Below, one piece after another: positions 18,773 to 27,100 of a stretch of 64,000 nucleotides of DNA; within the stretch, counting starts at the first letter, position 1; each line of letters starts with the position of its first letter. This stretch comes from Patescibacteria group bacterium. GTDB lineage: Bacteria; Patescibacteriota; Patescibacteriia; GWA2-46-9. Location: contig JBAZXG010000004.1 in assembly GCA_041660005.1 (NCBI GenBank), positions 69,720-133,719 of the forward strand. Reading direction: 5' to 3'. A program made the translations under genes and the position numbers. Below the pieces are notes generated by a model that was not told the origin of the DNA, did not search any database, and saw only the letters and a program-made list of their open reading frames with translations.

Positions 18773-19846
18773 CTATTCTTGTAAAGTAACTTTTCCCTGC
18801 TTGTTGAACCAATAGGTTGTACTCCCAGGTACGCCATTGACCGTCTGCGCCACAACCGCGCTGCTGCCAAGAAGTTTTCCCTTGTCAGTTGCAAACACCG
18901 TACCGACCCATTCTTTCGTAAGCCAATTCGCCAGATGACCGCCATCCCAGCCAAGAGCCGGATCAAAATAGAAATCAGAGTAGTAATATAATGTACGCGC
19001 TCGTGCTTCCGCTATTACGTCACAGCACTTCCCTTTGTTTACTGGTAACTTCAACTTTTGTAGCACAACCGCTTCTTCGTCTGGAGAGAGCACAATGTGT
19101 GAATCCACCGCTGTGTTGTCAACGCCAAAACTGTAACCGGTTGAAAAATCGATGAGTTCAAGGTCAGAAAAATTCGTGAATCGAGTAAGCACAAACTGGA
19201 CAATGCCCGGCGCACGCTTTGCCGCTTCGTTAACTGCATCACTCAGTCGCAATACGTCGGCTTCTTTCCAACTTGCAAGGTCCCCTATGGCTCCCGCATT
19301 CATGGTGCCGAGTTGAACGCTTGCACCGTCAAGCAGTAATGAAGCGGCGACTTCGGGGCGCGTTTCGTCCGTGCTCGTATAAAAAACAACTAACGTTGCC
19401 ACCTTGCGATTTTGACTGTCGAACCAATAAACTTGCTTTTGACTTGGCATGGTGAAACGGGCATCTCGCTCTTGCCTTTCGCCAATGCAACGGTAGGTGG
19501 TTCTCTTTTTAGAAACAACCTCCTGATAATATCGAGTGGTAATAATATTCCACTCCCCCACGACCTGAGAGTCCGAGATAGAAAAAGACGGTTGCACACC
19601 AAATGCTGCCTCTGCGCTAGCCGCCCCGTCATTACTTACCGGGGTGAGCAACACAGCATCACTTGGTTTGTCTTGCTTACAACTATTTGAAGCTGTTTTT
19701 GCAAATACGAACGTCGGAAAAAACCCAATCACCGAAATAATGACGCTCGCCAATATGCTGGCAGCAAATATGGTATACCACCCTGACTTTGCGTTCATGG
19801 AATAGAGTGATGCGCTCATAAATATAAAATTTATATAAGAGAGCAT
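18773..19846 (-). CDS. hypothetical membrane-anchored extracytoplasmic protein
   Basis: 357 aa; N-terminal TM helix; no recognisable domain. Confidence 0.5.
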   Translation of the reverse strand: MLSYINFIFMSASLYSMNAKSGWYTIFAASILASVIISVIGFFPTFVFAKTASNSCKQDKPSDAVLLTPVSNDGAASAEAAFGVQPSFSISDSQVVGEWNIITTRYYQEVVSKKRTTYRCIGERQERDARFTMPSQKQVYWFDSQNRKVATLVVFYTSTDETRPEVAASLLLDGASVQLGTMNAGAIGDLASWKEADVLRLSDAVNEAAKRAPGIVQFVLTRFTNFSDLELIDFSTGYSFGVDNTAVDSHIVLSPDEEAVVLQKLKLPVNKGKCCDVIAEARARTLYYYSDFYFDPALGWDGGHLANWLTKEWVGTVFATDKGKLLGSSAVVAQTVNGVPGSTTYWFNKQGKVTLQE

Positions 19847-19953
19847 CTTTGCACAAAAACGCCTTTATGTCAAGGTATTCATTTGTTCATTTTCTTGCGC
19901 GCCCAAGAAAACGAACCAAAAGAATGGCGCCCCGCATCGACACTTCTGGTCGG

Positions 19954-20021
19954 CAGCCATTCCGAAACGAACACGGCGGCAATGAACTTGCTCCGCTTCA
20001 GACAGCATTGCCGCTCTATCG
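19954..20021. repeat. long near-perfect hairpin (12 bp + 9 bp stem, 21-nt loop) inside a GC-rich intergenic element
   Basis: gaaacgaacacg+gcggcaatg pairs exactly with cattgccgc...cgtgttcgtttc; embedded in the ~270-nt GC-rich stretch 19900-20170 of a 525-bp intergenic gap. Confidence 0.45.
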
Positions 20022-20195
20022 TGTTCGTTTCGTCTGTCTGCTCTCCCTGGTCGATGAGGGGGTTTGACAGAGCGGAGCGTAATAATCCCATAAGATCGGC
20101 GTCGGTATAATGACGAGTGAAGAACCCCTAAACCCCTGACGTCCGGTCGTAGCAACAAGAGCGAAGGCTGCAGTGTTTGTGCGCAGTTAATAATT

Positions 20196-20253
20196 TTTGA
20201 CTTGCAGTTTTGACTTATGCCTTTTGATTTTTGACTTTCACTCACCTATATAG
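20196..20253 (+). promoter_or_regulatory. cluster of 4 TTTGA(C/T)TT direct repeats overlapping a sigma70-like promoter (TTGATT-17 nt-TATATA)
   Basis: tttgactt at 20196, 20208, 20230 and tttgattt at 20223; -35 TTGATT 20225-20230, 17-nt spacer, -10 TATATA 20248-20253; no plus-strand CDS downstream. Confidence 0.35.
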
Positions 20254-20372
20254 GTCGAGGACGTTATGAGTTAAAAAAGAGAACTTAATCTTTCAATATT
20301 ATATCCGTCCTACTTAGTTCGACGATGCTCACCTGTTTGGTCACCGTGTGACACAACCACATAATATTGTCG

Positions 20373-20924
20373 TCAAACAAAATCAAGTAATTTTTCTAAA
20401 ACGCCGGGAAATTCTGTATACCCATCATTGCTGCCAAAGTGACCCGCGCTCTCAACTATTTCTAAGTGAGCCCCAAATTGTTTCTGAAGAATTTTTCCTT
20501 CTTGCACAGGAACATAGTGGTCATTCGTCGAAGCAAAAGCAGCAATGTTTGGACACACCAGCCGCACTTGCTTTGCATCAATTGGTTCACTCAAAAAATT
20601 CTCAATTTCAGAAATGTTAAGTGACGACGTAAAACCCGCCATGAGTACGGCGCCGCCAACGCGAACCGTTTTCGGCTGCAAAGCTAAGTAACGCAAGATG
20701 GTCACACACCCGAGACTGTGACCAACAAAATACGTCTGTTCGTTTGGTGTCCCGACAACATCTCTCAAATGTGCGACCCACGCTGCAGCTTGTGGATGAC
20801 TGGCGTCTGGCATTGTTGGCGCCATAACGGAGTAGCCGCGTGCCTCACACTCACGCCGCAGCCACGGGAACCAGTGATTTTCAGGACTACCTTTCCACCC
20901 ATGGACTAAACAAACACGCTTCAT
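20373..20924 (-). CDS. alpha/beta-fold serine hydrolase (RBBP9/YdeN-like)
   Basis: 183 aa; nucleophile elbow GHSLG; conserved His near C-terminus; size typical of the YdeN family. Confidence 0.7.
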   Translation of the reverse strand: MKRVCLVHGWKGSPENHWFPWLRRECEARGYSVMAPTMPDASHPQAAAWVAHLRDVVGTPNEQTYFVGHSLGCVTILRYLALQPKTVRVGGAVLMAGFTSSLNISEIENFLSEPIDAKQVRLVCPNIAAFASTNDHYVPVQEGKILQKQFGAHLEIVESAGHFGSNDGYTEFPGVLEKLLDFV

Positions 20925-20940
20925 AATATTTCAGGAAGCA

Positions 20941-21161
20941 TTATTGTCCCACTACTTCATCAAGAGAGTCCGCTGCACTGGCGGCATCTTCACTCTGCAT
21001 AAATCGTTTTACTTCTTCAACGTCAAACGGGTTTACCCTAGTCAGCACTTCCTCGCCTAAACTTCCGTCCTCAAAGCGAGGCCTCGCATAAAAACATTCC
21101 CCTTCAACACGGCACGCCCATCCAACTCTTTGTTTCGGTTGCCTTACACCACGTTCAACCA
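20941..21161 (-). CDS. small hypothetical acidic protein (doubtful)
   Basis: 73 aa from internal ATG; the longer track ORF overlaps the 3' end of the giant gene; no RBS. Confidence 0.2.
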
Positions 21162-21173
21162 TGGTGAAACGTG

Positions 21174-24100
21174 TTAACGAGTGGCACCAGAGTAAGCAAT
21201 AGCGCGCACAGTGTCCCAATGTGTCGCTGAACTCGGTAAACGCTTGTAGATTGCTTTGAACGTTTTAATTGCTGACTGCTCCGCCTGCACATTGCGAGTG
21301 ACTGATCTCAACCCATACGCCATCACGGTAATAGCAGCATCATCGTGCGCGTTCGTTCTGTTCGCTTCACGCAAGTAAACTTTCTTAAAGGTCTTAGCAA
21401 CCGTTTGCTCGCGCACCGTACTGGTCTTCGACGGCCAACGTCCATTTGCAATCTTCAAAACGTCTTCCCATTCGGTTGCGGACTCTGGCACTTTGCCAAA
21501 CGCTTCACGGTAACTATTCACAACCCCGCCGCGTTCACCCGCACCTAATTTCAATGTTGTAGCCGTACCATACGTAACAAACGACAATACCTTAGCTCGT
21601 GTCACGGCAGACGTTTCAGTGACGATAATCTTAGCTACGATACTCGCATCGTAACGCGTTTCAAGGCCGGTATCTCTGACCTTACCTACCGCAGAAGCTA
21701 CCCCTTCGGTGTCGACCGTGTTAATACTACTTGCCTCCGTAATAATACTCTGCATCTGTCCTTGACGAGCAGTATCCACATCTGACGAAACGTTGGATTC
21801 ACTATTTGTCGTAATCTCGCTCGTTGGTTGTGTTTCGGTTGCTGGCGTTGGCGTATTTGTTTGTGGTGTATTACTCGAATTACTAATATAACCATAACCA
21901 CCACCGCTACCTCCAGCTGGACTACTCACGGCCGCAGCAGCTGTGGCTATAGAGACTTCACTCGATGCCGCAGACTCACCTGAAGCATTTAGTGCAGTAA
22001 TTTTGTAATAATACGTTGTTCCCGCACTTAAAGCGCTGTCAGTATAAGTAACCGTTGATCCGCTCGACACTGTTGGTTCGCTCCCGAGTCGCGAAAATGT
22101 TCCACCTGACGTAGCACTTCGATAAATGTCGTAACTCGTTGATCCGCCGACTGCAGTCCAGCCCATTATTATGGTCGTAGTAGTAGCACTTGTTTTTGCA
22201 AGTCCAGTCGGAGCTGAAGGAGCAGCCGGATCAGTTGAAACAACGGGTGCGTAGAGAGAGAAGTGATCTGTGGCAGCAGCTATAGTGACACTGGCAACGT
22301 TGGCATCAAATTCTGAAACTGTGTCGATGGTCGTTAAGTCGGCAATGGCGCTTCCGCTCGAATCTTTATACGTAATCGTACTCGCTTGCGGTACCCAGTT
22401 GGCTGTCGTTTCGTCCCAATAAGCCATTTTGAGCTGATCAGCTTCTTCCTTGGTATTAATTGACGCATCAGATGCTGAACGGGTTGCCTCAAGTTCAGCC
22501 ACTGTGTAATTCATTTCCACGTTTACTGAATCATTCAATGTATTAATTGGATTACCGGACGAGTTGGTCGCCTTGATTTCCTTTGCCTTGTTACCCACCG
22601 GTAACGCACTTGAGGTGGCGCGAACATTGTTGGTCTCTTTTACCTGAATGTTTCCAGCTGAGGTTGAGCTACCGAGAGCATTTGCTGGAATGGTTAATTT
22701 TACTCCAGCAGTTGTATCTTCAAGCGTACCACCAGAAGCTGGCGTAATGGGCTTAGACTTTGGTGCACGCAGAGAAACAGTTGTGGAGAGTGTTATGTTT
22801 TTGCCGCTCACTGAACCACCAGTGACATCAATTGGATTATTTGTGTAACCAACTTCTGCATAACCTTCAGCTACAGCGAATACTTTCCAAACCCCACCAT
22901 TAACCGGCAGGGTGTAATTCCCGTTCGTGTCGGCCTGCGTTCCACTAGAACCGCCACCTTGACGCTCTGCTCTGACAAATGCATTCGACGCGCCAACTGC
23001 GCCAATAAGAACTTGACCAGAAATTGTTGTCGAAGCAGTTGCGAGTGTTAGGGTGAGTCCTGTTAATGCATTATTAGCAACAGCAGCGGTCACTGCTATG
23101 GTTGATGGCTCACGGAAGTAACCTGGCTTCATTGCATTGATAAAGTAATCGGTTGTTGCATTGGCAACTTTCAAACTAAAAGTTCCGTCAGTCGCTGACT
23201 TGGTGCCAAAGTGAACACCAGTAGCTGCATTTCCAATTTCGACCCAAGCGTCAGCGATGACCGTGTTGTTACTATCCTTAACCGTACCAGAAATTGTGCG
23301 AAGTGTTGGTACTGTAACGGTTAACCCCTCAGCACCATTAACAACAACAATACCTGTGGTGTTGCTGTAGACCGTATTAACATCTGTTCCTGCAATATCT
23401 GTTGGCCCAATAATAACTCCCGGGATGTGAACATCAACTTTGTAAGAACCGTTCGGTAGCTGTAACGTGGCTGATGTGCCATTGTTAATTTGCACATGGT
23501 TACTGACACCCGTCGTGCCGAAAAGATCAATGTATGCTTCAGTAACCGCAGTTGAAACAGTGATGGTAATAGTGCGGGGCGCTGCTATAACAAAGTTCTT
23601 ACCAGTTACGTTTGCACCAGAAACATTAAAAGCATCCAAGGGCAAGGCCTCTCCAATGCCGGGCAAAAATGCTTTCAGAACGTAATTATTTCCTTCAGGA
23701 ACATTAAAACTGTATGTTCCGTCAGCGCCGGTAATTGCTTCGTTAAACTTTCCATTACCAGTCAAGCGAACAAAAGCCCCTTGGACATTCGAACCTCCAG
23801 AAGTTACGGTACCGGAAACAGAATAGAAAGTTCCGGTGCCGGATGGAGCAAAATTTTGATTAGCGACACTGTCACCGTTCACCGTTACGGCGACCTCGGT
23901 CAACTGACCATATTGCGGCAAGAAAGCGCCAACGTTCCAGGTGCCATTACTGACATACAACGTGTAATTACCCGACGAATCAGTGTTAGATTCCGCATGG
24001 CCAGGACCATCTGTGCGGTACGCATAAACTGACGCACCCTGAACCACGCTCGTGCCGTCAGTAACTTTACCGGAAATAGTATAATCTGGCTTCGCGACCT

Positions 24101-27100
24101 TAATAACAAAGGTGGTAGCCGCAGCAGCTGGTGTAATAGCAGTTGTCGCGCCATCGATCAAAAGATAAGTGGTGGCGTCACTCGTTATAGCCACCGGTAC
24201 TTCACGCGATGATGGCATACCCGGCACAAATGAACCTACAATATAAGTTCCGTCAGCTACGCCCAAGCTAAACGATCCTGTAGAATCAGACTGCACGTGT
24301 GTACCAAATCCGCCTTGCGGAGAATAAGCGTACACTTCAGCGTTCGCCATAACTTTATTAGATCCGTCTTTGACGACACCTCGAATTGTTTTAGAGGTTG
24401 AGGTCAAAGTAACGGCAATGATTCCGTCATTCGCCGTGCCGCTTGTTTCTGTAATGGTTGCCCCCTCTACGCGAACATTCTCTGGCTTGGGTGGCATATA
24501 GCTTGGTGTGGAAGGTGGCCCACCGGTGAAGCCCTTAGGCATCTGAGGGCCAACGCCGAGAGACCAATCGCCATCTGTCAGATAAATAGTAAAGTTCTCC
24601 GCTCCCGCACTAGCATCAAGTGTAACTTGTTTCGATTTAAAACCATTTGCTGAACTGGCAAAGATATCGAGTAGCTCGTTCGATGGACCGTCTATACGCA
24701 CGGTAACAGCTGTACCGCTAGCAGAAGCATTGGCAATGGTGAAATTATACGGAATGCTATTGTCATTTGCTCCAGCGTTCGCTGTATCAGCCGTTTCGTT
24801 AACAACAACTCTTTCTGGATTTGGTTTACCCGCGTATTCAGTGGCGCCGAGAGTCACGCTGGGGTCTGTAAACAACATATATTCACCAGCGGGCAAGTTC
24901 GCGAACGTGTAAGTAGCTGACCCACCAGCAAATGTAGAAGACGTTGCATCCATTGGACCAGTCATCGGTGACATCAAATAAACATTCACCGTTCCTGAAT
25001 TCGCCGCCGCGGCCGTTATGGTACCAGTCAACGTATAAGATTCGCCGCTTACTCCCTGGATAAAAAATGGCATTGACGTAGCTGACTCTAAAACAGTGCT
25101 ACCATTCTTCGTTTTGACGTCTACACTGTAACCAGTTGTGTTGAAATCTTTTGGTACCGTGGAATTCTTAATGCCGGCGATATCAATGGTCAAAAAATCA
25201 TGAGTATCTCCACTCTCGCTTCTTGTGGCAGCAGACAAATAAATAGTTACCGTTCTCGAAGAAGTATTCACAACGACGCCATCTCCAGCTAAGCCGCCCT
25301 GAGCAGCACCGGTGTCGTCTGCGTTTGCTGTGCCAGCACACGCAGCTCCGGTTGGCGCACCTGCTGTAGCGCACTTAAAGGTTACCGTCCCGGCGCCTGA
25401 ACCATTGAGATCGGTACGCATGGGACTATTAACGTCCTGCTTTGCGCCTGACACATCAAACCCTGTTGGGAAGGTTAGAACAACAGTTCCACTGGCTGGT
25501 ATCTGTGAAGAGACTGGTAACCGCACTCCATAAATAGTTGTCTGCCCCACCATGGCATTGAATGGTCTCACTTCAACCGAAGGTGCAAAGCCGAAAGTCG
25601 ACGACGAAAAATTCATTGGAACAAATCCACCTTGTTGCGAGAAGGCATCTCCCGAGAATGCGCCAGGGCCAAGAGCGCCTTTAGTGGTTGCGCTATTGGC
25701 TATAGGGGCTTTCCCGGTTGTCGCACCGCTAATCACATTACCAGAAAGATCTTTGACGTTTGCCAAAGATACGTATATTTCTTTGCCAGTCAGACCCGTA
25801 ACTCCGCTATCGTGATATCCACTAATACTAACCGTGTTTGTTGACGCATCATAAGCAAAATTGGCAGTAGCGGGCAGTGTTATGACTGTTCCGCTTGAAG
25901 AATCAGCTGGTGGCGTAGCATATTTAATGGTGTAGTTCGCGGGCTTAATGACGCTGGCTGCAAAATTTGCGGTATCCGTGGCCTTAGCCGCATTCATCGG
26001 TTCAGAAAAAGTAATCGCTAAATTGTAATCATCTGCGTTGATAAACGACACACTTGGAGCAACCGTGTCGGCACTTCCTGTTGTAAATGATTTCGTGGTC
26101 GCAGCGATAGCCACACCATTTATACCTTGAATGCCAGTCGTGAGGTTGAGCGTATAGGTAGTACTGGGAGACAAAGCTGATTGAGGCATGAACATGGCTT
26201 GACGCCCAACCGCATCATACTGCACCGTACCGTTCACAGAAGTCGAACCAACTGAAAGATAAAACGTAGTGGTTGTTATGGTCGAGGCGCTTATGTCTTT
26301 ATTGAACCCAACACTGATAGCACCAACATTGACTGGAACATTCGTCGCCGCATTATCTGGATACGAACCGACAACCGTCGGCGGGTTAGAATCAGCACCC
26401 GTGCCGGTTTTAAAATCAGCTTGGAACATTGAATTGGCGACCATGTTCGGCGGTGACAACGTAATCCCCGTGCCAGACTTAGCGCCCCCTAAAATCTTTA
26501 TTCGATAATTAGTACTCGCTGCAAATGCGCCAGAGTTATACGAACCACTCAATGTTACAGTAGCATTTCGCTTCGTCGTATCCAGAGCTACCGAACTAAT
26601 AGCTGAAGTTGATACATCTGTTTCACTAGTACCAGACACTGTAAAAAGTTTTACGTAATCCTTAAGTAAATAACTTCCACCATCGTCTGCCATGGCTTCA
26701 GAAAAATTAACGACAACTTTTGTATTTGTCGGGACACCAGCCGAGCCGGGTGGCGGCGTTGTCCCCATGACATGGGGTGGAACAAACTGACCAGATCCAA
26801 AAGTACCGCCACCACTGAATGTTCCAGTCTCGTTATTGAAGCCGCTAAAGTTTGCCGAAGAACCAGTTGTAAAGGTAAATACGTAACTACCATCAGACTG
26901 ATTCCCTTGAATGGCGTTACCAGAAGTATCAGTTACGTTGGAGCTAATTTTAACCGCGATATTTTTGTTATCTCCAAACGTATTAGATGCAGAGAATGAC
27001 CACACGGCCATATTAGCTTCTGGTGGAAGCATGGGAATGTTTGGAGCGGTTGAATAGTACGTCCACGTACCTTTTGTTGAAGTAATATCGGTAAGTGTGC

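Noticed and set aside
19849-20245. ORFs 19849..20067(+), 19865..20245(-), 19879..20091(-), 19883..20110(+) in the 525-bp gap
   Set aside because: Mutually overlapping, no RBS, coincide with the GC-rich hairpin element; more likely non-coding.
20196-20253. Using the TTGACT at 20232 as the -35 for the TATATA -10
   Set aside because: Spacer would be only 10 nt; the upstream TTGATT with an exact 17-nt spacer is the plausible -35.
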